A stretch of DNA of 64,000 nucleotides from Hyphomicrobiales bacterium (lineage in GTDB: Bacteria; Pseudomonadota; Alphaproteobacteria; SPJN01), in NCBI GenBank assembly GCA_006844605.1, contig SPJN01000002.1:16337-80336 (forward strand), in the 5' to 3' direction. Each line of letters starts with the position of its first letter. Position 1 is the stretch's first letter. The translations under genes were made by a program, and so were the position numbers. The notes under the pieces are model-generated. The model saw only the letters and a list, made by a program, of their open reading frames with translations. It did not search any database and was not told the DNA's origin. Positions 1 to 8,992 of the stretch are shown here, piece by piece.

Positions 1-760
1 CTTTTCTTGTGCGCGTTTCGGCAAATATGGCAACCAGATCGCCGCCGTCAAGCCCGATTGTTTGCTGCAAGTTGGGGCTGTCGGGCCGCATAAAGGGGTT
101 TGTGGCTGCCTCTAGCCCGATAGTTGTCGGCACAGTGGGAATATTGTCGGCGCGCATTTTCTTGATGTCTTCAACCCGGTTTAGCAGGTCTTGATTGCCC
201 GGCTCGACCGTCACGGCAAAGGCCGCGTTCCCCATTGTGTATTCGTGGGCGCAATAAACTTTCGTTTGCGGCGGCAGTTGGCGCAGCCGGGACATGGCAT
301 CCCACATCTGGGCAGGGGTGCCTTCAAACAGGCGGCCACAGCCAAGGGCAAACAAAGTGTCGCCGATAAACAGTGCCTCGTCACGTTCAAACCACCAGCC
401 GATATGCCCGGCGGTATGGCCGGGAACATCGAATATCTGTGCCTCATGACTGCCAAAGGTGAAGCGGTCGCCTTCACCCAGTTCAATGTCGATGCCGGGG
501 ATTTTGTCCGCTTCGTTTTTGGGGCCCGCAATGGTCAGGCCAAAGCGGTCCTTCAGGGCCAGATTGGCGCCTGTGTGATCAAAATGGTGATGGGTGTTGA
601 AAATATGGGTCAGGGTCAGGCCCAGCGCCTCCAGCCGTTTTAGGACCGGTGCTTCGTCACCCGGATCAACCACGGCAGCAACACCATCTTCCCTGTCATA
701 GGCAAGGAAAATGTAATTGTCGTCAAAAGCCGGAACAAGTTCGATCGTCAGCGCTGTCAT
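1..760 (-). CDS. gloB: hydroxyacylglutathione hydrolase (glyoxalase II); 3' end runs off the window
   Basis: Absent from the ORF track because it is open at the window edge. My reverse translation from the ATG at 760..758 gives MTALTIELVPAFDDNYIFLAYDREDGVAAVVDPG. The metallo-beta-lactamase motif IFNTHHHFDHTG lies at 569..604, and the frame reads ...DLVAIFAETRTRK at the left edge. The + ORF 191..643 is its antisense shadow. Confidence 0.9.
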   Translation of the reverse strand, partial: MTALTIELVPAFDDNYIFLAYDREDGVAAVVDPGDEAPVLKRLEALGLTLTHIFNTHHHFDHTGANLALKDRFGLTIAGPKNEADKIPGIDIELGEGDRFTFGSHEAQIFDVPGHTAGHIGWWFERDEALFIGDTLFALGCGRLFEGTPAQMWDAMSRLRQLPPQTKVYCAHEYTMGNAAFAVTVEPGNQDLLNRVEDIKKMRADNIPTVPTTIGLEAATNPFMRPDSPNLQQTIGLDGGDLVAIFAETRTRK

Positions 761-836
761 GTGCTGCCCCTTCATATTTCATGTAATTGGTGCCATCATA
801 GCAGTGTCATCCATTAGGGTATAGAGGCAGCCTTGC

Positions 837-1619
837 ATGAGACCTGATGCCATTGATTTGCGCGGATTTTACGGTACCGCCCTTGGGCAATTTGTGGCCC
901 ATCGGTTGACCCGATCGGTTACCAATTTGTGGGGTGATGATCTGCGCGGGATGCGTGTTGGCGGTTACGGTTACGCGACGCCGCTGTTGGATCAACTGCC
1001 TGCTGCCGGTGGTGATGGCCCGGAACGTGTGCTGTCATTTGCGCCTGCGCGTCAGGGGGTTGTGCGCTGGCCCCAACGGCGACATCAGCGCGTGGCGCTG
1101 GTGCATGGGGATATGATGCCCCTGCCTGACGGTGCCCTTGATCGCGTGATCCTGCTTCATGCGCTGGAGGGCAGTCACGACCCGGCTGCTTTGTTGCAGG
1201 AAATGTGGCGGGTGTTAAGCCCCACGGGGAAGCTGATCGCTATCACGCCCAACCGACTTGGCCTTTGGGCGCGGATGGAGGCAACGCCCTTTGGTCATGG
1301 CCGCCCGTTTTCGGAACTACAATTACAGAAACTGATGCGTGATGGGCTGTTACAGCCCGAACAATGGGGCCATGCCCTGTTTATGCCGCCCATGTTTGTG
1401 AACCCCGCGCGCGGCGCAAAGGGGCCGTTGGCCGCCCCGGTGTGGGAACAGTTGGGCAAGCGGTTCTGGCCCGGCTTTGGCGGCGTAATTGTGATGGAGG
1501 CGTCCAAGCAGGTTCATGCCCTGACCACCACACGGGCGCCGCAGCGCGTCCGCACGCGCCGCCTGATCCCGGTTATGCCGGAACCGGCGCGGCAGGTGCC
1601 GCGCATCACCAAGGACTGA
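837..1619 (+). CDS. class I SAM-dependent methyltransferase (type 11-like)
   Basis: 260-aa ORF. The core segment DRVILLHALEGSHDPAALLQEMWRVLSPTGKLIAITPNR resembles the Methyltransf_11 core. It is divergent from gloB, a pairing common in Alphaproteobacteria (knowledge). Confidence 0.7.
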   Translation: MRPDAIDLRGFYGTALGQFVAHRLTRSVTNLWGDDLRGMRVGGYGYATPLLDQLPAAGGDGPERVLSFAPARQGVVRWPQRRHQRVALVHGDMMPLPDGALDRVILLHALEGSHDPAALLQEMWRVLSPTGKLIAITPNRLGLWARMEATPFGHGRPFSELQLQKLMRDGLLQPEQWGHALFMPPMFVNPARGAKGPLAAPVWEQLGKRFWPGFGGVIVMEASKQVHALTTTRAPQRVRTRRLIPVMPEPARQVPRITKD

Positions 1620-1640
1620 TTGCCGGTTGGGGCGGTCTGA

Positions 1641-2270
1641 CTAAACCTTGGTCAGCTTGTAAATCGCCTGTTCGGCCCGCAAATTGGCCAGCGCTGATCC
1701 GGGTGTGATCGGTTTGGCCTTGCCATCGCCCATCACACCGATGGCCTCATCAACTTGAAACCCAAGGGACGTCGCAAGAATTTCAAAATCCCGCAATGTA
1801 CACAGATGGATGTTCGGCGTTGAATGCCATGAATGCACCAGCTTGCCCGTTTCGGGCATACGTCCATTGGTCAGCAATTTCCAGCGCACCAACCAGTGAC
1901 CGAAATTGGGGAACGAGACAATGGCGTGTTTGCCAATGCGCAGCATCTCGGCCAGCACCGTCGCCGGACGGTGGGTTGCCTGCAAAGTTTGTGACAGCAC
2001 GACGATGTCAAACCCATCTGAGGGATAGTCCACCAGATCGGTGTCGGCATCGCCTTGCACCACGGACAGGCCCTTGCGCACACAGGCATTCACGCCTGCC
2101 TGACTGATTTCAATACCCCGCGCGTCAGCATGTTTTTCATCGGCCAGATGGGACAGCAGCGCACCGTCACCACAGCCGACATCAAGCACGCGCGCGCCAT
2201 CGGGGATCATTTGGGCAATCAGCTCAAGATCAACGCGGATGCGATCATTGCGGTCTGTGCTGGGGCTCAT
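1641..2270 (-). CDS. metW: methionine biosynthesis protein MetW
   Basis: [15 protein letters not shown]-fold motif, directly downstream of metX. I trimmed the start to [20 protein letters not shown]; its ATG overlaps the metX stop as ATGA (tcat at 2267..2270). Confidence 0.85.
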   Translation of the reverse strand: MSPSTDRNDRIRVDLELIAQMIPDGARVLDVGCGDGALLSHLADEKHADARGIEISQAGVNACVRKGLSVVQGDADTDLVDYPSDGFDIVVLSQTLQATHRPATVLAEMLRIGKHAIVSFPNFGHWLVRWKLLTNGRMPETGKLVHSWHSTPNIHLCTLRDFEILATSLGFQVDEAIGVMGDGKAKPITPGSALANLRAEQAIYKLTKV

Positions 2271-3478
2271 CCGTCTACTCCGATGTTGGGAGTAGCTGCG
2301 GATGTCGGCAGGCCGCAATCACGTGCCCGCGCATCAAGGAAGCCGTTCAAAGTGGCGATCATCTCAGGCTCGTCCAACAAAAACGCATCGTGGCCCTTGT
2401 CGCTTTCTATTTCAACAAAGCTGACATTGCCGCCAGCAGCGTTAAGTGCCTTGACGATTGTGCGTGCCTCTGCCGTTGAATAAAGCCAGTCTGACGTGAA
2501 TGAGATCACGCAGAAGCGTGTCTGCACACCTTCAAAGGCGCTGGCCAAATGACCATTATGGTCAGCAGCCAGATCGAAATAATCCATCGCCCTTGTGATA
2601 TAAAGATAGGCGTTGGCATCAAACCGATCGACAAAAGTGATGCCCTGATGGCGCAAATAGCTTTCCACCTGAAAATCAGCGTCAAAGCCATAGGTGACTT
2701 TTTCGCGATCCTGCAGGCTGCGCCCGAATTTACGGGTCAGGGCAGCTTCTGACAAATAAGTGATGTGCGCCGCCATGCGGGCAACAGCCAACCCCTTGCG
2801 CGGCCCGCCATCAAGACCCGCATCATAATAGTCACCGCCGCGCCAGTCAGGGTCGGCCATCACGGCCTGACGCCCAACCTCATGAAAGGCGATGTTTTGC
2901 GCTGAATGATAATAGCTGGTGGCAATAGGTATCGCGGCATGAACCCGTGTGGGGTAGTCCACTGCCCATGCCAGAACCTGCATCCCGCCCATAGAGCCGC
3001 CAATGACCGCAAACAATTGGTCAATGCCCAGATGATCAATCAGCATGACTTGCGCGCGCACCATATCGTGAATGGTGATAACGGGGAAATCAGTGCCCCA
3101 CGGCTTGCCAGTGGCGGGGTTGATGCTTGCCGGCCCGGTAGAGCCGCCGCACCCGCCAACAACATTCACACAGATAACAAAAAACCGATCTGTATCGATG
3201 ATATTGCCGGGGCCAACCATGCTGTTCCACCAGCCGGGCTTGCCGGTCAGCGGGTTGTTGCTGGCCACATGTTGATCAAGGGTCAGGGCGTGGCAGATCA
3301 CAATCGCGTTTGATTTGTCTGCGTTCAGGCTGCCATAGGTTTCAAAGGCCAGCGTCAGCGGGGCGAGGGTTTGCCCGCTGTCGAGCACAAGCGGCTGATC
3401 GTCAGGAAATGTCACAAATTTCCTGCCGTCTTCTTCGCTGAAATGTGGTGCGCTGGCTGTCACCGGTCTGTGCCCCAT
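2267..3478 (-). CDS. metX: homoserine O-acetyltransferase
   Basis: 403-aa alpha/beta hydrolase with the GGSMGGMQ nucleophile elbow and typical MetX N-terminal ([12 protein letters not shown]) and C-terminal (GHDAFLL) segments. Coupled to metW. Confidence 0.9.
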   Translation of the reverse strand: MGHRPVTASAPHFSEEDGRKFVTFPDDQPLVLDSGQTLAPLTLAFETYGSLNADKSNAIVICHALTLDQHVASNNPLTGKPGWWNSMVGPGNIIDTDRFFVICVNVVGGCGGSTGPASINPATGKPWGTDFPVITIHDMVRAQVMLIDHLGIDQLFAVIGGSMGGMQVLAWAVDYPTRVHAAIPIATSYYHSAQNIAFHEVGRQAVMADPDWRGGDYYDAGLDGGPRKGLAVARMAAHITYLSEAALTRKFGRSLQDREKVTYGFDADFQVESYLRHQGITFVDRFDANAYLYITRAMDYFDLAADHNGHLASAFEGVQTRFCVISFTSDWLYSTAEARTIVKALNAAGGNVSFVEIESDKGHDAFLLDEPEMIATLNGFLDARARDCGLPTSAATPNIGVDG

Positions 3479-3646
3479 TAGTGTGCCGAATTGGCAAATG
3501 TAAAGAATTGGTCATTAGGAGGGTTCACAGCCCAGTGTCAAGGTGACTTTATGCACGCAATAGGGTATCAGACGGGCCAAATTGGGCTGGCCTACGGCCC
3601 GCCTTTCGCGCTAACAAGAGCGTCTTGACCTTGATTTGAGCTTTGA

Positions 3647-4486
3647 ATGACCGAAAACGGCAAACAGATGACCCTTGCTGAAGTGAGGGAGGAGCTGGAC
3701 CGGCTCGACGCTGCCATGCATGAACTGCTGATGGCGCGTACCGAAGTTGTGCGCGGCGTCGCCGAGGCGAAACGTCAGGCTAATGGTGATGGCAAGGTTG
3801 GCTTTGCCGTTCGTCCGGGGCGTGAGGCACAGATGATGCGTGCTTTTCTAAAACGCCATCAAGGTGAGTTGCCGTTCAAGGTTGTGGCCCGCCTGTGGCG
3901 TGAGATTATCAATGCCATGACTCGGCTGCAAAATGCGTTGGCAGTGGCAATCGTTGATGAAGACGCCGTTGGTCATGATGATTTTGTCCGGCGCTATGAC
4001 CTTGTCCGCTCGCACTGGGGGACGGTCACACCGATCACTCGATACGCCGATGCAGCGGCTATGCTGGCCGCGCTGGATGCAGATCAGGGCATTATGGGCG
4101 TTGTGGACGTGACGGGCCGTGGCACCGATTGGTGGCGTGCGCTTGTTGACTTCAATATCGAAAATCCTGACAGGCGTCGCTTTATTGTGGCGCCTTTGCC
4201 ATTTTTTCATGAGCCCGGCGCAGATGAAATTGAAGGCTATGCCGTCAGCCCCATGCCACCAGAACAGTCTGGTGATGACGTGACGCTGCTGGCGGGGGTG
4301 ATGACGGATCAGGCCTTGCAAGCCTGTGATGTGGTACGCGCCGACGATGTGCCTGCGACCGCTGGCCTTGTTGCTCTTGATGGGTTTTTTGACCAGAACG
4401 ATGATGTGTTGGCACAACTTGCCGAACAGGTGGGGGCACCAGTACATTATTTGGGTGCCTTTGCGCGTCCTTTAGCGATCGGCTAA
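3647..4486 (+). CDS. chorismate mutase family protein
   Basis: The N-terminus LAEVREELDRLDAAMHELLMARTEVVRGVAEAKR is a type II chorismate mutase helix. The position upstream of hisC-tyrC is typical of Alphaproteobacteria. Confidence 0.75.
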   Translation: MTENGKQMTLAEVREELDRLDAAMHELLMARTEVVRGVAEAKRQANGDGKVGFAVRPGREAQMMRAFLKRHQGELPFKVVARLWREIINAMTRLQNALAVAIVDEDAVGHDDFVRRYDLVRSHWGTVTPITRYADAAAMLAALDADQGIMGVVDVTGRGTDWWRALVDFNIENPDRRRFIVAPLPFFHEPGADEIEGYAVSPMPPEQSGDDVTLLAGVMTDQALQACDVVRADDVPATAGLVALDGFFDQNDDVLAQLAEQVGAPVHYLGAFARPLAIG

Positions 4487-4545
4487 CGCCGTAGAAATCG
4501 GCTACGCCGTTTTCGACCAATAACTTTGTAAAAGCTGGGAAGATC

Positions 4546-5709
4546 ATGACCGACAAAGGTGACGATCAAAATAATGGCCAAAATAACGGCCAAAATAATG
4601 GCCAAAATGACGAGCAATCCGGCGGACCGAAACCGCGCCCCGGCATTCTCGACATCAAACCTTATGTGGGCGGCGCCTCCAGTGTGGCGGGGCAATCCCG
4701 TGTGATCAAACTGTCCGGCAATGAATCTGCCCTTGGTGCCAGCCCCCTTGCCATTCGTGTTTTTGAGGAAGCCAAGGCGCGGCTGCACCGCTATCCCGAT
4801 GGCGGGGCCACAGGGTTGCGTAGTGCGTTGGCGGATCATTACGGTCTGCACTCAGAACGGATCGTGTGCGGTTCAGGCTCTGACGAGTTATTGCATTTGT
4901 TGACCCAGGCCTATGTGGGTCCGGGCGATGAGGTGCTGTATTCTGAGCATGGCTTCCTTGTTTACAAAATCGCAGCATTGGCCAATGGCGCAACCCCGGT
5001 TGCTGCCCCTGAAAAAGATAATCGGTCCGACGTTGATGCGTTGCTTGCTGCCGTAACACCGCGCACGAAAATTTTGTTTTTGGCCAACCCCAACAATCCG
5101 ACAGGCACCTATTTGCCGGTGGATGAGTTGCGCCGGTTGCAATCTGGCCTGCCGTCGAATGTCTTGCTGGTCATTGATGCGGCCTATGCTGAGTTTGTGC
5201 GCCGGAATGATTATGAAGCGGGGATCGAGCTTGTCTCTTCCTGCAAGAATGTCGTGATGACACGCACATTCTCAAAAATTTATGGGTTGGCAGGTTTGCG
5301 CCTTGGGTGGGCCTATTGCCCGGCTGAGGTTGCCGATGTTTTGAACCGTATTCGCGGGCCGTTTAATGTGTCTGAAGCGGCACAACAGGCGGGCATTGCT
5401 GCCCTGCGCGATTCAGCCTTCATCGAAAAAGCCACCAGCCATAACGAACATTGGCGCAAATGGCTGGAAGAAAAAATCACGGCGCTTGGCCTTGATGTGA
5501 CGCCCAGTGTCAGTAACTTTATCCTTGTGGAATTTCCCGACAAGGACGGGTTCCGCGCGCCGGATGCTGACAAGTTCCTGATGGAACGCGGCGTGATTAT
5601 TCGCCGGATGGAAGAATATGGCTTCCCCAATGCCCTGCGCCTAAGCGTTGGGATGGAAGACGAAAATAAAATTTTGGTTGAGGCGCTGGCCGCCTTTATG
5701 GATCGCTGA
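4546..5709 (+). CDS. hisC: histidinol-phosphate aminotransferase with a low-complexity N-terminal extension
   Basis: 387 aa. Class II aminotransferase segments: [21 protein letters not shown], and [15 protein letters not shown] containing the PLP lysine. Confidence 0.9.
   Translation: MTDKGDDQNNGQNNGQNNGQNDEQSGGPKPRPGILDIKPYVGGASSVAGQSRVIKLSGNESALGASPLAIRVFEEAKARLHRYPDGGATGLRSALADHYGLHSERIVCGSGSDELLHLLTQAYVGPGDEVLYSEHGFLVYKIAALANGATPVAAPEKDNRSDVDALLAAVTPRTKILFLANPNNPTGTYLPVDELRRLQSGLPSNVLLVIDAAYAEFVRRNDYEAGIELVSSCKNVVMTRTFSKIYGLAGLRLGWAYCPAEVADVLNRIRGPFNVSEAAQQAGIAALRDSAFIEKATSHNEHWRKWLEEKITALGLDVTPSVSNFILVEFPDKDGFRAPDADKFLMERGVIIRRMEEYGFPNALRLSVGMEDENKILVEALAAFMDR
4567..4611 (+). repeat. 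in-frame 12-nt tandem repeat (CAAAATAAYGGC x3.75) encoding (QNNG)n at the hisC 5' end
   Basis: Read directly: caaaataatggc caaaataacggc caaaataatggc caaaatgac. Confidence 0.9.
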
Positions 5710-5711
5710 TC

Positions 5712-6647
5712 ATGGCAACTGACAGTGTCATATTTGACCGCATTGCGCTGATCGGCGTTGGTTTGATCGGCGGGTCTATCGGGCTTGCTGCGCGGCGGGC
5801 CAATTGCGTCGGCACGATTGTGGCGACAGCCCGATCCGCTGAAACCCGTCAGGCCGCTATTGAGCTTGGCCTGGCCGATCAGGTTGCCGAAACCGCTGCG
5901 GCAGCGGTCCAAGATGCCGATTGCGTTATCCTGTGTTCCCCCGTTGGGGCCTTTGGTGATATTGGGGCGGAAATTGCCGCCCACCTAAAACCCGGTGCCA
6001 TCATCACCGATGTAGGGTCAGTCAAGGGCGCGGTGGTTGAGGCCCTGTCGCCTGTACTGCCCGCTAACGTGCATTTGATCCCCGGCCACCCGATTGCGGG
6101 CACTGAAAAATCCGGCCCGACCGCCGGGTTTGCCAGCCTGTTTGATCAACGCTGGTGCATCCTGACGCCGCCTGAAGGTGCTGATGGTCACAAGCTGGCC
6201 CAGCTTGATGCATTCTGGACCGCATTGGGGGCAGAGGTTGATGTTATGACCCCCGCCCATCATGATTTGGTGTTGGCCATCACCAGTCACGTGCCCCATT
6301 TGATTGCCTATAATATTGTTGGCACCGCAGATGATCTTGAAGAAGTGACACAAGGCGAGGTGATCAAATATTCCGCGGGTGGGTTCCGCGACTTTACCCG
6401 TATTGCGGCGTCTGATCCGACCATGTGGCGCGATATTTTCCTTGCCAACAAGGATGCTGTTTTGGAAATGCTGGGGCGGTTTTCAGAAGACCTGTCCAGC
6501 CTGCAACGGGCAATTCGTTGGGGCGATGGCGATGCGTTGTTTGATTTGTTTTCGCGCACCCGCGCCATCCGGCAACAGATTATTGATGCCGGGCAGGAAA
6601 CCGCCGACCCTGATTTTGGTCGTCACAATGACGATGATGACGGCTGA
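5712..6647 (+). CDS. tyrC: prephenate/arogenate dehydrogenase
   Basis: 311 aa. N-terminal Rossmann motif IALIGVGLIGGS and the HPIAGTE active-site segment. Starts 3 nt after hisC. Confidence 0.85.
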   Translation: MATDSVIFDRIALIGVGLIGGSIGLAARRANCVGTIVATARSAETRQAAIELGLADQVAETAAAAVQDADCVILCSPVGAFGDIGAEIAAHLKPGAIITDVGSVKGAVVEALSPVLPANVHLIPGHPIAGTEKSGPTAGFASLFDQRWCILTPPEGADGHKLAQLDAFWTALGAEVDVMTPAHHDLVLAITSHVPHLIAYNIVGTADDLEEVTQGEVIKYSAGGFRDFTRIAASDPTMWRDIFLANKDAVLEMLGRFSEDLSSLQRAIRWGDGDALFDLFSRTRAIRQQIIDAGQETADPDFGRHNDDDDG

Positions 6648-6676
6648 TCAGTTTTGGTTGGCCCAGTTAGCTTGGC

Positions 6677-7681
6677 CTAAAAACCAAGCGCCGGTCCCAA
6701 ATTCACTGGATCATCAATGCGAAACGGGCCTGCCATAACGGCGCGTTCATCGGCAACCAATGTAACCTTTGCCTTTTGATCCGGGCTGCCATCTGCCAAA
6801 TCAGCCATATTCACCAAACTTTCAATCAACGATTGGTTTTGCTGGGACCAGTTTTGCAGCGCGCCCATTTGGTTTAGAAACGCGCCTGTTTGATCAACTG
6901 TTACGTCCAGCTTGGCGCGCAGGATGCCGGTGTCTGAAACTGTGGCGGCACCCCGCCCAAAAATGGTGAAGCTGCCATTTTGCAAGGTCAGGTCAATGTC
7001 CTTCAGAACACCGCCAACCTCTGCCCAGTCGCGCACAGTCAGACCGTGATACAAAACTTCGCCCTGCTCGGCAGTTGTCTTGGCCTTGATGTCATAGGCA
7101 TCGGGGGCAAAGGCGGGCAACACCGCCTTGTCCGCATCGATATACAGCTCAAGCGCGCGGGCGCTTGACCCGGGGCGCAAGTGAAAGCCTATGCGCGCAG
7201 CGGTAAAGGTGCCTTCTAAATCGTCGGTGATTTTTGCCGCTTCGCCCTCAAATGATAGGCGCGGGCCTTGGTCTGTTGTCACGACGCTCATATGGGCATT
7301 GTCAAAAGTCGCGGTCGTTTGCAACCGTTTGCCTGCATTGGCGGGGTCATGACGATCAACGATCACAGGTTCGGGGAAATCCAGAATGGCGTGATTCAGA
7401 CGATAGGGCAGGAAATCTGCCACCAATGTCTTGGTCATGACAAAGCGCATTTTTTCACTGTGTACATGCTGCACATAGGCAACGCCCGTTATCTCAACCC
7501 GCATACGCGAGGGGAAGCCGGTGACGGTCAGTCCATCCCAATGTAGTTCATTGCCCTTGGCTTCTTCATCAGCGGCAACTTCCGCCAAGCGACCTTCAAC
7601 ACTATTTGCCATATAGGCCCAAAACGCGGCATAAAGGCCAAACACACCCAATAACCCGGCAACAATTAGTTTGTAACGCAT
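6677..7681 (-). CDS. DUF2125 domain-containing protein (N-terminal membrane anchor)
   Basis: MRYKLIVAGLLGVFGLYAAFWAY hydrophobic N-terminus. Conserved alphaproteobacterial neighbour of tyrC (knowledge). I prefer the ATG at 7681 over the GTG at 7693. Confidence 0.65.
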   Translation of the reverse strand: MRYKLIVAGLLGVFGLYAAFWAYMANSVEGRLAEVAADEEAKGNELHWDGLTVTGFPSRMRVEITGVAYVQHVHSEKMRFVMTKTLVADFLPYRLNHAILDFPEPVIVDRHDPANAGKRLQTTATFDNAHMSVVTTDQGPRLSFEGEAAKITDDLEGTFTAARIGFHLRPGSSARALELYIDADKAVLPAFAPDAYDIKAKTTAEQGEVLYHGLTVRDWAEVGGVLKDIDLTLQNGSFTIFGRGAATVSDTGILRAKLDVTVDQTGAFLNQMGALQNWSQQNQSLIESLVNMADLADGSPDQKAKVTLVADERAVMAGPFRIDDPVNLGPALGF

Positions 7682-7745
7682 GACAACTCCCACAAAATCA
7701 ATAGACGGGCTTATACCGGGCCAGCACGACAGTGACCAGTCCGAT

Positions 7746-8264
7746 ATGTGGGTATTTGCCTATGGCTCGCTGATTTGGAAACCGGGCTTTGATGCGGTGG
7801 AGCGTGTGCCCGCGCGCCTTTACGGGCTGCATCGGTCATTTTGCGTGTGGTCATGGCATTGGCGTGGCACACGGCAAAGGCCGGGATTGGTGTTGGGGCT
7901 GGATTATGGCGGCTCCGTCACGGGGATTGCATCGCGTGTCCCGGCAAAATATGCGCGGGAGGTGCGCCATTATCTGCGTGCGCGCGAACAGGTGACGATG
8001 GTCTATCGTGAAGGGGATTATCCGATCACCTTGCATGACGGGCGGAAGGTGCAGGCGCTGACCTTTCCGGTCAACCGCGGCCATGCCCAATATGCAGGCC
8101 GTATTGATCTGGCAGAACAGATCAAAATTATGGCCCAAGCGCACGGTGTCGGCGGCCCCAATCGCGAATATTTGATCGAAACCTGTGCGGCGCTTGAGAA
8201 AAATGGCATTAAAGACAAAGCCTTAGACAAGGTTTTGACTCATTTCGCAATGCAGCATTCCTGA
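7746..8264 (+). CDS. gamma-glutamylcyclotransferase, ChaC family
   Basis: MWVFAYGSLIWKPGF is the ChaC N-terminal YGSL motif. I trimmed the ORF from 7680 because that start abuts the divergent DUF2125 start codon. Confidence 0.75.
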   Translation: MWVFAYGSLIWKPGFDAVERVPARLYGLHRSFCVWSWHWRGTRQRPGLVLGLDYGGSVTGIASRVPAKYAREVRHYLRAREQVTMVYREGDYPITLHDGRKVQALTFPVNRGHAQYAGRIDLAEQIKIMAQAHGVGGPNREYLIETCAALEKNGIKDKALDKVLTHFAMQHS

Positions 8265-8266
8265 TC

Positions 8267-8320
8267 TTGACGTTTACGTAAGGGCACATTAGTCTGCCGC
8301 CCATCTGATTGACGTTTACG
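8267..8320. promoter_or_regulatory. two direct copies of CTGAT(c)TTGACGTTTACG, 42 bp apart, upstream of the MerR gene (putative MerR/LiuR-type operator or promoter elements)
   Basis: TTGACGTTTACG occurs at 8267..8278 and 8309..8320. The first copy continues as the palindromic core TTACGTAA. Confidence 0.4.
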
Positions 8321-8375
8321 GAAACGGCAACCGGCGCAGAATGTGGTTGCCCGCGACAGACTTCGGGAGCATGAG

Positions 8376-8858
8376 ATGACAGAGCAGACCTTTACGATAC
8401 GCAATTTGGTTGATGAATTTGACGTGACGGCGCGTGCCGTGCGCTTTTATGAACAAAAGGGCCTGTTGTCGCCTGATCGGGTTGCCGGTCAGCGTGTTTA
8501 TTCATCCCGTGATCGTGTGCGTCTGTCCTTGATCGTGCGTGGCAAGCGGTTTGGCTTTTCGCTCGCAGAAATTCGCGAATTGCTGGACCTTTATGATCCG
8601 CAGGGTAATCACCGTGGCCAGATCGTCTCGACCCTTGATGCGGCTGAGGCACGCATCGCCTCGCTGGAAAGCCAGCGCGCTGAAATTGATCAAACCGTGC
8701 ATGAGCTGCGTAGTGTCGTGGCAACCTTGAAACGCACACTGGATAAACTTGAAGGTGTCTCAGATGCAGATGATCTGCCTGATGACCTGCGGCAAGATAT
8801 TAAAACTGAAATGATGGGGCATGGCGCCATCTCGAAATCCGGAGAGCAGTTGGCCTGA
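8376..8858 (+). CDS. MerR family transcriptional regulator (LiuR-like)
   Basis: FTIRNLVDEFDVTARAVRFYEQKGLL is a MerR-type HTH. It sits upstream of an acyl-CoA dehydrogenase. Start trimmed to the ATG at 8376. Confidence 0.8.
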   Translation: MTEQTFTIRNLVDEFDVTARAVRFYEQKGLLSPDRVAGQRVYSSRDRVRLSLIVRGKRFGFSLAEIRELLDLYDPQGNHRGQIVSTLDAAEARIASLESQRAEIDQTVHELRSVVATLKRTLDKLEGVSDADDLPDDLRQDIKTEMMGHGAISKSGEQLA

Positions 8859-8992
8859 ACCACTGCCCCGCATCTTTAACAGGGGGGTGAGAACCCTTTC
8901 AGTCGTGGCAACCTCACGCGCGGCTGAAGCTATCGATACCTAATTGACGGTCATGAATAAAGTGAAGCAGGCCGTCTTTGAAAGGAATGATC

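Noticed and set aside
191-643. 150-aa + strand ORF at the left edge
   Set aside because: It is antisense to a clear gloB reading frame (THHHFDH motif, canonical N-terminus) that the ORF track missed because gloB runs off the window. It is a shadow ORF.
3479-3646. SAM-II (metA-type) riboswitch expected upstream of metX in Alphaproteobacteria
   Set aside because: I read the minus-strand leader. It has a CGGGCC/GGCCCG hairpin and a ...UGAUACCCUAUUGCGUGCAUAAAGUCACC... stretch. I could not convincingly place the conserved SAM-II pseudoknot elements by eye. A cmsearch with Rfam RF00521 would decide, so I left it unannotated.
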